From Nostoc sp. DedSLP01 (GTDB lineage: Bacteria > Cyanobacteriota > Cyanobacteriia > Cyanobacteriales > Nostocaceae), in contig JAVRCJ020000018.1 of the NCBI GenBank assembly GCA_034530875.2, forward strand, positions 1 through 64,000: a stretch of DNA of 64,000 bases. The letters are read 5' to 3'. The translations under genes and the position numbers were made by a program. How positions within the stretch are numbered: the first letter of the stretch is position 1; every line of letters starts with the position of its first letter. The notes under the pieces are model-generated. The model was given only the letters and a program-made list of their open reading frames with translations, searched no databases and was not told the DNA's origin. This document shows positions 39,591-49,751 of this stretch, in pieces.

Positions 39591-41756
39591 ATGACTTTAA
39601 CTAGAGATATATATCAGGTTGAACTAAAAACACCTGATTACCAATTAGAACCGGGATGTTCGCATCCTTTCGGTGCAGTGCCAGACAAAGATGGAGTAAA
39701 CTTTTCTATCTTTTCAGAACATGCGACTTCTGTCGAACTCTTGTTGTTCGATCGCGATGATGCTCCCCAGCCAACACAAATTATTCAATTAAACCCAAAG
39801 TTCAATAAAACTTTCCACTTTTGGCATGTCTACGTCAAAGGTTTAAAACCGGGGGCTCACTATGCTTATCGAGTTAACGGTAATCCCGATCTCCACGGAG
39901 GAGGACACCGCTTTAATAAAAATAAGGTACTGCTTGACCCTTATGCTAGAGGAAACACCAACGCTCTTTGGCAACGCAATGATGCTTTAGGGTCAAAAGA
40001 TAACGTGGCTACATCTATGCGTAGTGTAGTTATTGATATATCTGATTATGACTGGGAAGGCGATCGCCCGCTTAACCGTTCGATGAGTGACACCGTTATC
40101 TATGAGGTACACGTTGGCGGATTCACCAGGTCGCCTTCTTCAGGTTGCAAATACCCCGGCACTTTTTCTGGAATTATCGAGAAAATTCCTTACCTGAAAG
40201 AGTTAGGAATCACAGCAGTTGAACTGCTGCCGATATTTGACTTTGACGAAAGGAACATTCTCCGAGAAGTCAACGGTAAGGAACTAAAAGACTACTGGGG
40301 ATACAACCCCCACAGTTACTTTGCTCCAGAAGCTTCATATTGTGCTTTTCCTGATGTTGGAAATCATATTAGAGAATTTCGAGATCTGGTCAAGGCCTTA
40401 CACAAAGAAGGAATTGAAGTCATTCTGGATGTTGTCTTTAACCATACCGACGAAGGCAACCATGAAGGGCCAACCATCAGCTTCAAAGGGCTTTTTAACG
40501 ATATCTTTTATCACCTAGTACATTGGGATAAGCAGTACTACATGGACTACTCCGGGTGTGGTAATACCGTTAACTGCAACCACCCGATAGTAGAAAAATT
40601 AATTGTAGATTGCCTAGAATTTTGGGTCAAAGAGATGCATGTCGATGGTTTCCGTTTTGATGAAGCCTCGATTTTATCTCGCAGCCAAGATGGAGTACCA
40701 ATGAGCCATCCACCGGTAATTTGGCACATTGAAACATCCGAAACGCTAGCTGACACCAAAATCATTGCTGAGGCTTGGGATGCCGGCGGGCTTTATCAAA
40801 TTGGCGATTTCCCTGGATATCGTTGGGCAGAATGGAACGGACGTTTTCGAGACGATATCCGACGCTTTGTCAAAGGAGATCCAGGAATGGTGGGGGCAGT
40901 CGCTTGGCGTATTGCTGGAAGTTCTGACCTTTACCAATCGAGCAGACACTTACCGATTAACAGCATCAACTTCATTACCTGTCATGATGGATTTACCCTC
41001 AATGATTTAGTTTCGTACAACCACAAGCACAATGAAGCTAATGGTGAAAATAATCGTGATGGCATCAATGATAATTTGAGCTGGAATTGTGGTTTTGAAG
41101 GAGAGACTGATAACCCAGAAGTTGATGGATTGCGCCAACGACAGATTAAGAATTTTGCGGCAATTCTCATGCTGTCTCAAGGTGTACCCATGCTTGTGGC
41201 TGGGGATGAAGTCAGACGTACCCAAAAGGGTAACAACAACGCCTACTGCCAAGATAACGAAATTAGTTGGTTCGATTGGAATCTGGCTCAGAAGAATGCT
41301 GATATTTTCAGGTTCTTCAAACAAATGATTAATTTCCGCAAGTGCTACTGCCATTCTGCGTTACGCCGGAGTAACTTTTTCACTGGTGAAGTTAACGAGC
41401 GTGGTTTTGCAGATATTGCTTGGCATGGCTGCAAGTTATTCAAACCAGGTTGGCACGATTCTCATGCCAGAGTTCTTGCATATACTCTCGGAGGGTTTGA
41501 AGGAGAAGCAGATATTCATGTCATGCTCAACATGTACTGGGAAGATCTCGACTTTGAAATTCCTCCTATTAAAGGTAGAAAATGGTTCAGAGTCATAGAT
41601 ACTGCTCTTGCTTCTCCAATGGATATTGTGGAACCAGGTGAAGAAACTGTAGTTTCAGGTAATGTCTATTCTGTCAAAGAGCGTAGCGTTGTTGTTTTAG
41701 CTTCCAAATGGTTTCCAGTTAATGAATTTCCAACTAGGAGTAAATTCGATGAGTAA
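39591..41756 (+). CDS. glgX: Glycogen debranching enzyme/isoamylase (GH13)
   Basis: GVNFSIFS, YWGYN, DVVFNHT, DGFRFD, AEAWD, NFITCHDGFTL, GNNNAYCQDNE. Confidence 0.93.
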   Translation: MTLTRDIYQVELKTPDYQLEPGCSHPFGAVPDKDGVNFSIFSEHATSVELLLFDRDDAPQPTQIIQLNPKFNKTFHFWHVYVKGLKPGAHYAYRVNGNPDLHGGGHRFNKNKVLLDPYARGNTNALWQRNDALGSKDNVATSMRSVVIDISDYDWEGDRPLNRSMSDTVIYEVHVGGFTRSPSSGCKYPGTFSGIIEKIPYLKELGITAVELLPIFDFDERNILREVNGKELKDYWGYNPHSYFAPEASYCAFPDVGNHIREFRDLVKALHKEGIEVILDVVFNHTDEGNHEGPTISFKGLFNDIFYHLVHWDKQYYMDYSGCGNTVNCNHPIVEKLIVDCLEFWVKEMHVDGFRFDEASILSRSQDGVPMSHPPVIWHIETSETLADTKIIAEAWDAGGLYQIGDFPGYRWAEWNGRFRDDIRRFVKGDPGMVGAVAWRIAGSSDLYQSSRHLPINSINFITCHDGFTLNDLVSYNHKHNEANGENNRDGINDNLSWNCGFEGETDNPEVDGLRQRQIKNFAAILMLSQGVPMLVAGDEVRRTQKGNNNAYCQDNEISWFDWNLAQKNADIFRFFKQMINFRKCYCHSALRRSNFFTGEVNERGFADIAWHGCKLFKPGWHDSHARVLAYTLGGFEGEADIHVMLNMYWEDLDFEIPPIKGRKWFRVIDTALASPMDIVEPGEETVVSGNVYSVKERSVVVLASKWFPVNEFPTRSKFDE

Positions 41757-43920
41757 TATAGACTTTTCATTTGCAGATTTAATTGCTGGGTATGTTACTG
41801 CTTTTGACTCCAGTAAGGGAGATTCAGGTACTTTCGATCTCAAAACGTCAGATGGCAGAAAATTTGAAGTAGCATTGACCTCAATGACTTATGCTGAGCT
41901 AGTACGCAATTTAGATGAGCCTTTCTTTGATTGCACTAGCCAAATAAATTCAATGCTCGTTCCAAATTGCTATCTTTTCGCTTATGGCATTTTTTATCCT
42001 GAAGCAGGCGAACAGAAATTTGAAGCTAAACACATAGTTTTTCTCGGTAGAACAGAAAACGAGTATCTTTTTGAAAGACCAGATTGGTGGGTCAAGCAGA
42101 TACGAAGCCTTGGTAATTTTTACCTCAAAGCCCAGTTTGAAGATGGCGAAATTGATTATCGAAAATATCGCACTGGTATCGGTTTAGTTGGTTCTAAAGA
42201 AGATAGCACTCGTCAGGAAACGGACACGATTTCTCGTCTAGTTTACGGTTTTGCCACAGCCTACATGATGACTGGGGACGATCGCTATCTTGAAGCTGCC
42301 GAAAAAGGCACTGAATATCTCCGCCAACACATGCGCTTTCTAGATGAAGGCGAAGGGATTTGCTATTGGTATCATGCTGTTGATGTCAAACCAGATGGCA
42401 GCGAACAGAAAATATTCTCCTCAGAATTTGGGGATGATTATGACGCTATTCCAGCTTACGAGCAAATTTATGCCCTGGCAGGCCCCACCCAAACCTATCG
42501 GATAACAGGCGATCCACGCATCATCAAAGATATCGAGTTGACGATTAATCTGTTTGACAAGTATTTCTTGGATAAGACAGAGAAAGGAGGATTTTTCTCT
42601 CACATCGATCCGATTACTCTCAGCCCCCACTCCCAGACTCTAGGCCACAATCGCGCCAAGAAGAATTGGAACTCCGTAGGTGACCATGCCCCGGCTTATT
42701 TGATCAATCTTTGGCTAGCTACCGGCAAAGAAGAATACGCCAATTTCCTGGAGTACACCTTCGACACCATTGAAAAGCGGTTCCCAGATTATGACCGTAG
42801 CCCATTCGTTCAAGAACGTTTTTATGAGGACTGGACTCACGATACAACTTGGGGATGGCAGCAGAATCGAGCAGTTGTAGGCCATAACCTAAAAATTGCT
42901 TGGAACTTAATGCGGATGAACCACCTGAAACCAAAAGAAAACTATGTGACTCTGGCAGAAAAGATTGCAGAAATCATGCCAGCAGTCGGTAGCGACCAAC
43001 AGCGTGGGGGGTGGTACGATGTCGTGGAACGCACTTTAAAACCAGGGCAAGAGGTACACCGTTTTGTCTGGCATAACCGCAAAGCTTGGTGGCAGCAGGA
43101 ACAAGCTATCTTAGCCTACCTGATCCTCAACGGTTCCCTCGATCGACCTGAGTATCAACGCCAAGCCCGCCAAGCAGCAGCTTTCTATAATGCTTGGTTC
43201 CTTGATTACCTTGCTGGGGGTATCTACTTTAATGTTCTGGCAAATGGGATTCCTTACTTATTAGGAACGGAACGAGGCAAGGGCAGCCACTCTATGAGCG
43301 GTTACCACTCGTTTGAATTGGCGTACTTAGCTTGCGTTTATACGAATCTGCTGATTACTAAACAGCCAATGGATTTGTACTTTAAACCAAAGCCAGGCGG
43401 CTTTAAAGACAACATCCTCCGAGTTGCACCAGATATCTTACCACCGGGCAGCGTGCGGATTGGGGATGTCTGGATCGATGGCCAAAAGTATGCAGATTTT
43501 GATGCTGTAAACTTAACAGTCAAACTGCCAGTTACTCAAGACGATCTCAAAGTGAGAGTCAGACTGCTTCCGACTCAAGTATCTTTCGATGCCACCGTGT
43601 TAGAAGTCAGTAATGGTATTGCCAAAATCTCCTTAACTGGGTTATTGGATGCTAATGGTGTAGTACATTTTCAAGAAGCGATCGCTAAAGCTACAGCACA
43701 GCCAATCAATCGTTTAGTCTTACTACTACAAGACCTAGAATGTATTACTACTGCTGGCCTCCGGTCTCTGATTTTTGCTAAACAAAAACTGGGTTCTGAT
43801 GTTGAACTCTACATAGTTGGCGCACCGGAGAACGTAAAACAATTCCTGATGACGAGTGCATTTTGCAACAGTGTCACCGTTTTAGATGAGTACGAAACTG
43901 TTGAGCTAGCAAGTGTCTAA
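41749..43920 (+). CDS. AGE (N-acylglucosamine 2-epimerase)-superfamily protein fused to a C-terminal STAS domain
   Basis: ATG after AGGAG overlapping the glgX stop (ATGAGTAA). SRLVYGFA, GHNLKIAW, WWQQEQA, YHSFE; C-terminal LTGLLDA...LECITTAGLRSL STAS. Confidence 0.85.
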   Translation: MSNIDFSFADLIAGYVTAFDSSKGDSGTFDLKTSDGRKFEVALTSMTYAELVRNLDEPFFDCTSQINSMLVPNCYLFAYGIFYPEAGEQKFEAKHIVFLGRTENEYLFERPDWWVKQIRSLGNFYLKAQFEDGEIDYRKYRTGIGLVGSKEDSTRQETDTISRLVYGFATAYMMTGDDRYLEAAEKGTEYLRQHMRFLDEGEGICYWYHAVDVKPDGSEQKIFSSEFGDDYDAIPAYEQIYALAGPTQTYRITGDPRIIKDIELTINLFDKYFLDKTEKGGFFSHIDPITLSPHSQTLGHNRAKKNWNSVGDHAPAYLINLWLATGKEEYANFLEYTFDTIEKRFPDYDRSPFVQERFYEDWTHDTTWGWQQNRAVVGHNLKIAWNLMRMNHLKPKENYVTLAEKIAEIMPAVGSDQQRGGWYDVVERTLKPGQEVHRFVWHNRKAWWQQEQAILAYLILNGSLDRPEYQRQARQAAAFYNAWFLDYLAGGIYFNVLANGIPYLLGTERGKGSHSMSGYHSFELAYLACVYTNLLITKQPMDLYFKPKPGGFKDNILRVAPDILPPGSVRIGDVWIDGQKYADFDAVNLTVKLPVTQDDLKVRVRLLPTQVSFDATVLEVSNGIAKISLTGLLDANGVVHFQEAIAKATAQPINRLVLLLQDLECITTAGLRSLIFAKQKLGSDVELYIVGAPENVKQFLMTSAFCNSVTVLDEYETVELASV

Positions 43921-44248
43921 GTTCCGCTAAAAGACATTTGAGTAGTCCTAATTAGATAAGAGATAAATAGTTCCAACAAAGGAACTGCGGTTTATCCAAA
44001 TCTATTAGGACTATGCTTAATACACTTGAGTTAATAATCATATACCTTTACCAAAATAAAAGCCTAAAAAAATTTGGGCAAAACTGGCAAAATATCCCAT
44101 ATATGAGCATTATTAATCCTAAAATTATTTTGTTAAGTTATTTAACAGTTTAAATAATTCATGTTGCTAGCGATGAAAAGAAACTAGAGACTCACAAGTT
44201 ACTTCAATTAATAGTGAGTCTTTGTTGACAATAAACGAGACTGAAATA

Positions 44249-44908
44249 ATGGATTCTAATCACTTATTAAATGGCACTGACTCTCATAAAGTTAACATCG
44301 CTATTAATACGGGAATACTAACAAATTTTGAACATTTCTTGCTTCAGTCCCAACCATTGCTAAACCATGTTTTTCGATTTATTGAGACAAATTATCATAA
44401 TTCAATTAGTCTTAGAGAGGTGGCTGAGGCGGTCAATCGGTCTCCTGCCTATCTCACCGACCTTGTACGGAGAGAGACTGGAAAAACGGTGCTCTGTTGG
44501 ATTGTTGAGCGTCGGATGCTAGAAGCACGCCGTCTACTTCTAGAAACAGACCAGTCAGTCGAGCAGATTGCCGAAGCAGTAGGATATTTAGACAGACGCC
44601 ATTTCGGTCGCCAGTTTCTCCGGCTTCACAATACAACCCCGCAAACATGGCGAAGGTCGCATCTGAGTAAGAGCATCCCATGTTGGCAAAGAGTCTCACA
44701 AAAAGCAAGCTTAAGCGAATTAATCAATGAGGAATCCACAACTGTGACTTTTGCAGAAGCTCAACGTTTGCAAGTCTGTATCCAAGAGATTGCTGCAATT
44801 TTTAATAAGAGTACTACTCCCGATCAAGTACTTGTATTAAAAAGCGAAAATGGTTCTCTTGCAAAAATAGACAATGGTTCGATACAAATAACCTTAGTAT
44901 CAACTTGA
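44249..44908 (+). CDS. AraC-family transcriptional regulator (paralogue 2)
   Basis: Nearly identical HTH region to 11639-12310. Confidence 0.9.
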   Translation: MDSNHLLNGTDSHKVNIAINTGILTNFEHFLLQSQPLLNHVFRFIETNYHNSISLREVAEAVNRSPAYLTDLVRRETGKTVLCWIVERRMLEARRLLLETDQSVEQIAEAVGYLDRRHFGRQFLRLHNTTPQTWRRSHLSKSIPCWQRVSQKASLSELINEESTTVTFAEAQRLQVCIQEIAAIFNKSTTPDQVLVLKSENGSLAKIDNGSIQITLVST

Positions 44909-45198
44909 GAGTAGTCTTTTATATACTAGGCTTCCTCCATAAATGCTTAAATTGTCATCTTGAGCGGAGTGAAACATCTGGTGAAATTCCTCTCTCCCCT
45001 ACGTTCCGCTCAAAATGACATTTCTGATTTTTTGACTTTTGCAAGAGACTCTACGAGTTGGGTTCACAAGGAACAATGAAAACGATCTTGGAACTATTTT
45101 GCGTGCTTTCAGCCTCTATTTTTAAGGCAGGTCTACTGAGAAAAACTCAATATGACTAGCTAAATAATTACAAACATTATTCCTAGAAAGGAGCTATT

Positions 45199-46860
45199 TT
45201 GGTTAATCCCGTACTACTTACTGTTGATGATGACCCCGGAGTTCTACGAGTAATAGAGCGAGATCTCCGACAAGAGTATGGCGATCGCTTTCGGGTATTA
45301 CGAGCCGATTCAGGTGCGAATGCTTTGAGAGTATTGCAACAAGTAAAATTACGTAACGAGACAGTTGCGCTCTGTGTGGTAGACCAGCGGATGCCACAAA
45401 TGTCGGGCGTGCAGTTCCTCGAACAGGCGATGCAAATTTTCCCGTCTGCAAAACGAGTTTTACTAACAGCTTATGCAGACACTGATGCTGCTATTTCTGC
45501 GATCAATACAGCAAAGATTGATTATTATCTTCTCAAACCTTGGGAGCCGCCACAAGATCTTCTGTATCCAGTTCTGAGCGATTTATTAGACGATTGGGTT
45601 TCTTCATACCGCCCACCCTTTGAAGGTATCCGCGTTATTGGCTCCCGTTGGTCGCCTAAGAGTCATCATATTAAGGACTTCTTAGCGCGTAACTATATGC
45701 CTTATCAGTGGTTGGACATTGAGATAGAAGAAGAAGCCCGTCAGTGGGTTAGTTATGCTCAGTGTAATACCGCACATTTGCCACTACTAGTTTGCCCTGA
45801 CGGTTCCTATCTCAAACAGCCAACCCACGCCGAAATTGCTGAGAAAATCGGGTTGAAGACGCAGCCTCAAATGCCCTTTTACGATTTGGTAATCGTCGGG
45901 GGCGGGCCAGCTGGTTTGGCAGCAGCAGTTTATGGAGCTTCTGAAGGTCTACGTACAGTATTGATTGAAAAAGAAGCTCCAGGGGGGCAAGCCGGAACGA
46001 GTTCCCGGATCGAGAACTATTTAGGCTTTCCCCAAGGAATTGCTGGATCGGAATTAGCTCGCCGCGCCGTTACTCAAGCTAAACGATTTGGGGTAGAGAT
46101 TCTCTCGCCTCAAGAGGTAATTGGCATTCGCTTGCAAGATTCTTATCGCATTATCAAGCTCAAAGATGGGACAGAATTAAGCTGTTACGCATTGTTGATT
46201 GCCACAGGTGTCTCATATCGCAAACTCGATCTACCTGGCATTGAGAATTTGACTGGAGCCGGTATATATTACGGTGCAGCAATGACCGAAGCCCTCTCCT
46301 GCCAAAACGAAGATGTTTATGTAGTTGGCGGAGCTAACTCAGCTGGGCAAGCTGCGGTGTACATTTCTAAGTATGCTCGCCATGTGACTATGTTGGTACG
46401 CGGTGACTCACTGGCTACAAGTATGTCAAAGTACTTGATAGACCGAATCTTAGCAACAGACAATATTAGCGTTAGGTTTCATTCTCACATTGTCGAGGTT
46501 CGCGGCCAGACTAACCTAGAGGCAATTACGATCGCTAACACTAAAACCCAACAACAGGAAACCATTCCCACAAAGCTGCTGTTCATTTTAATTGGTGCAA
46601 AGCCACATACTGATTGGCTGGGTGGGATTGTGGAGAGAGACGAACAAGGATTTATCTTAACCGGGCCAAGCTTGATACCCAATAAACAATGTTCAAAAGC
46701 ATGGAAACTCGATCGCCAACCCTTCCTGCTGGAATCGAGCGTACCAGGCATATTTGTGGCTGGAGATGTACGTAACGGCTCAGTGAAGCGAGTTGCTTCC
46801 GGCGTTGGTGAGGGTGCGATCGCTATTCAGTTCATCCATCAATATCTAAGTAAGGTGTAA
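45199..46860 (+). CDS. Response-regulator receiver fused to thioredoxin-reductase-like FAD oxidoreductase
   Basis: VDDD...DQRMP...LTAY...KPW receiver; GGGPAG, GGANSAG, AGDVR. TTG start after AGGAG. Confidence 0.9.
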   Translation: MVNPVLLTVDDDPGVLRVIERDLRQEYGDRFRVLRADSGANALRVLQQVKLRNETVALCVVDQRMPQMSGVQFLEQAMQIFPSAKRVLLTAYADTDAAISAINTAKIDYYLLKPWEPPQDLLYPVLSDLLDDWVSSYRPPFEGIRVIGSRWSPKSHHIKDFLARNYMPYQWLDIEIEEEARQWVSYAQCNTAHLPLLVCPDGSYLKQPTHAEIAEKIGLKTQPQMPFYDLVIVGGGPAGLAAAVYGASEGLRTVLIEKEAPGGQAGTSSRIENYLGFPQGIAGSELARRAVTQAKRFGVEILSPQEVIGIRLQDSYRIIKLKDGTELSCYALLIATGVSYRKLDLPGIENLTGAGIYYGAAMTEALSCQNEDVYVVGGANSAGQAAVYISKYARHVTMLVRGDSLATSMSKYLIDRILATDNISVRFHSHIVEVRGQTNLEAITIANTKTQQQETIPTKLLFILIGAKPHTDWLGGIVERDEQGFILTGPSLIPNKQCSKAWKLDRQPFLLESSVPGIFVAGDVRNGSVKRVASGVGEGAIAIQFIHQYLSKV

Positions 46861-46862
46861 TT

Positions 46863-48323
46863 ATGTTAGATGCTTTGCGCCAAGTGTCACTTTTTGCACA
46901 ATTGACAAATGAGCAATTCCAATGGTTGTCTGACCACGGGCATGAACTATGGCTGGTTCCAGGAGAATATATAGCCCTTGAGGGAGAACCAATAGAGAAT
47001 TTCTACGTGCTGATAGAAGGCGAGATTGAGTTTAGAAAACAGGTCGGCAATGTAGAAAGACACATAATGAGTTTTGGCCCTGGAACATATACAGGTCACG
47101 AGCTGATTCTATTAGATGTTCCTCACTATCTTGTGAACGTGCGGGCTGTGAAACCAACTTATATGTTGAAATGGGACACAGATACTTTCTGGAAAATGCT
47201 GACAACCTGTCCGTCGATTACACGCGATCTGTTAATCATCACGGCGCAACGGGTGCAAATTTTGGAATCTATGTCACAGCACCACCAAAAGCTAATTGCA
47301 CTCGGTACTTTAGCAGCTGGTTTAGCCCATGAGTTAAACAACCCAGCAACAGCTGCGATCCGAGCTGCAAAGCACTTGCACAAAATCTTTCAACAATTGC
47401 CATATCTGGGACTCAAACTCAATTACAGGCAGATGACAAAAGAACAACTGCTGTTTCTTGACAATTTGCTGCACAGAGTAATTGCACGTGCCGAAACACC
47501 CTGCGACTTAGAAGATTTACTAGCGCAGAGCGATCGCGAGCAAGAGGTGACAGACTGGCTGGATTTACACAACGTGCCTGACGGCTGGAAAATTGTTTCT
47601 TCCTTAGTCCGGGGAGGACTGGATACTCAATCCCTGGATACCATTGCCGAACATTTATCTCCAGAATCACTTGCTGAAGTTCTAGCTTGGATCGAGGCGA
47701 CACTCACAGGAATTGAGCTACTCGACGAAATTGACCAAAGTTCGGGGCGCATTTCGGAACTGGTCAAAGCTATTAAAGAGTACTCGTATATGGATCGAGC
47801 TCCCATACAGGAGGTGGATATACACCAGGGACTTGAAAGTACGCTGACTATTCTCGGTCATAAGCTCAAGGGTGGCATTACTCTAATACGCAATTACGAC
47901 CAAAACCTACCACTAATCTCGGTCTATGGTAGCGAACTCAACCAGGTATGGACGAACCTGATTGACAATGCGATCGATGCAATGAACGGACAAGGACAGA
48001 TCGCGATCCGCACAGCACGAGAAAATAACTGCGTGCTAGTAGAAATTGCCAACAATGGCCCAGCCATTCCGCCAGAAATCCAAGAGCGAATATTCGAGCC
48101 GTTCTTTACTACTAAAGGTGTGGGTCAGGGAACAGGTTTAGGTTTAGTCATTAGTTACCGAATTGTTGAAAAGCATAAAGGCGAGATCCGCGTGTTTTCC
48201 GAACCAGGAAACACCCATTTTCAGGTCATTTTGCCCATATCTTTGGCCGAAGTAACATCTGAATGCCATCAATACCAATTTATACCGCCCGATCGTACAA
48301 CTATGCAATTTGTACACAGTTGA
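46863..48323 (+). CDS. Cyclic-nucleotide-binding-domain sensor histidine kinase
   Basis: N-terminal cNMP fold (EGEP..NFYVLIEGE), H-box AHELNNP, NLIDNAIDA, FEPFFTTK, GTGLGL. Confidence 0.92.
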   Translation: MLDALRQVSLFAQLTNEQFQWLSDHGHELWLVPGEYIALEGEPIENFYVLIEGEIEFRKQVGNVERHIMSFGPGTYTGHELILLDVPHYLVNVRAVKPTYMLKWDTDTFWKMLTTCPSITRDLLIITAQRVQILESMSQHHQKLIALGTLAAGLAHELNNPATAAIRAAKHLHKIFQQLPYLGLKLNYRQMTKEQLLFLDNLLHRVIARAETPCDLEDLLAQSDREQEVTDWLDLHNVPDGWKIVSSLVRGGLDTQSLDTIAEHLSPESLAEVLAWIEATLTGIELLDEIDQSSGRISELVKAIKEYSYMDRAPIQEVDIHQGLESTLTILGHKLKGGITLIRNYDQNLPLISVYGSELNQVWTNLIDNAIDAMNGQGQIAIRTARENNCVLVEIANNGPAIPPEIQERIFEPFFTTKGVGQGTGLGLVISYRIVEKHKGEIRVFSEPGNTHFQVILPISLAEVTSECHQYQFIPPDRTTMQFVHS

Positions 48324-48339
48324 TTAAGGAGTGTGTGGG

Positions 48340-49515
48340 ATGAAGAAATGGTTAAAATCTCCTGAGTTACGTATTACCGAAGGTAAGGAAGAAGAACGGC
48401 ACGCAACGTGGTTAGAACTCTTTTTCGATCTATTTTTCGTAGTTGCAATTTCGGAGCTTGCTCACAATCTTAATCGGGATGTCTCACTATCAGGCTTCCT
48501 TAGCTTTCTACTGCTCTTTGTGTCGGTTTGGTGGTCTTGGATTGGCGTTACATACTACGCCAATCTCTTTGATACTGATGATTTGGTACACCGACTCTTA
48601 ACCGCTTTACAAATGCTTGCAGTGGCGGCGCTAGCAGTAAACGTACACGACGGGATGGATAAAAGTTCAGTTGGTTTCGCGCTTTCCTATGCTGTTGTTC
48701 GGGTGTTGCTTGTCCTGGAGTTTTTACGGGCTGGAAAGCATGTAGTTGCAGCACGTCCATTAACGACCCGAATCGCGAGTGGTACTGGACTTGGGGCATT
48801 GGTTTGGCTGGTGTCGGCATTTCTACCAATGCCACTGCGATTTGGGTTTTGGATCTTAGCCCTGACAGTAGAATTTGCAATAGTATTGACAGCAGGAAAG
48901 TCTGTGCATGTGGAATTAGCTCCCCACGCTTCACACTTGCCCGAACGTTTTGGCTTATTTACCTTAATTGTGCTAGGCGAGACAGTCTTAGCAGTAGTTA
49001 ATGCTATTGCACAACAGGAGTGGAATTTCTCATCAGCATATACTGCAATGTTCGGTTTAAGTATTGCTTTTAGTTTGTGGTGGCTGTATTTTGATAACCT
49101 TGGTGGCTCAGCAATCCAAGCGGCTCGTGCGTGCCGCCACATAGGAGCTTATCAGACTTGGGTTTACATGCACTTACCCTTGGTAATTGGTATTACTGCT
49201 GCCGGAGTTGGGGTGGAACACGCCCTAGCAAGTGATACAGGTCTGGTGCTGGCATCTTCTGAGCGCTGGCTTATTTGCGCTAGCTTGGCGCTGTGCTTCT
49301 TTACTCTGGGAATCATTTATCTTACTGGTGTAACCACTGACACCAGACTACGCTGCAAAGTCCGAGCCGCATATCGGTTTGTGGCGGTAGCTGTGATTAT
49401 AATTCTCGGTGTAGCTGGCACAGGTTTGTCAGCTATGGAATTGATTGGGCTTATAGCAGTGGTTGGTGCTGTTCAAATTATCCTCGATCTGCGTCAGGTT
49501 AATAGTTTTTTATGA
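48340..49515 (+). CDS. ltrA: Low temperature requirement protein A family membrane protein
   Basis: ATWLELFFDLFFVVA, HLPERFGLFTLIVLGE, WWLYF, YMHLPL. Confidence 0.88.
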   Translation: MKKWLKSPELRITEGKEEERHATWLELFFDLFFVVAISELAHNLNRDVSLSGFLSFLLLFVSVWWSWIGVTYYANLFDTDDLVHRLLTALQMLAVAALAVNVHDGMDKSSVGFALSYAVVRVLLVLEFLRAGKHVVAARPLTTRIASGTGLGALVWLVSAFLPMPLRFGFWILALTVEFAIVLTAGKSVHVELAPHASHLPERFGLFTLIVLGETVLAVVNAIAQQEWNFSSAYTAMFGLSIAFSLWWLYFDNLGGSAIQAARACRHIGAYQTWVYMHLPLVIGITAAGVGVEHALASDTGLVLASSERWLICASLALCFFTLGIIYLTGVTTDTRLRCKVRAAYRFVAVAVIIILGVAGTGLSAMELIGLIAVVGAVQIILDLRQVNSFL

Positions 49516-49640
49516 ACCTATCCCACTAAATTCCAGGTTTGTGCCACCGTTGATTAGATACGATCGCAGCTCCAAATGTAGCAATACCCGCCCCTGTTAC
49601 CGCAAAAACAATTGTCAGAGCCATCTTTGATGCATAGATT

Positions 49641-49751
49641 GGCAAAAAGATTAAGGGACGCTAACAGCATATACTCGCAGACACTTTGGGTTTACTGGTA
49701 GTTGTGGTGATTACTGCTGCTGATACCAGCGAACAAGCAGGAGGCAATCAG
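49641..49751 (+). mobile_element. IS5-family (IS1031-like) transposase remnant
   Basis: Translates GKKIKGR*QHILADTLGLLVVVVITAADTSE, matching the IS5 DDE motif GKKxKGRKRHxxVDTxGL, with an in-frame stop. Confidence 0.8.

Noticed and set aside
41706..41756. glgX C-terminal extension overlapping the AGE gene as a programmed frameshift or fusion
   Set aside because: The downstream gene has its own AGGAG RBS and ATG; ordinary translational coupling explains it.
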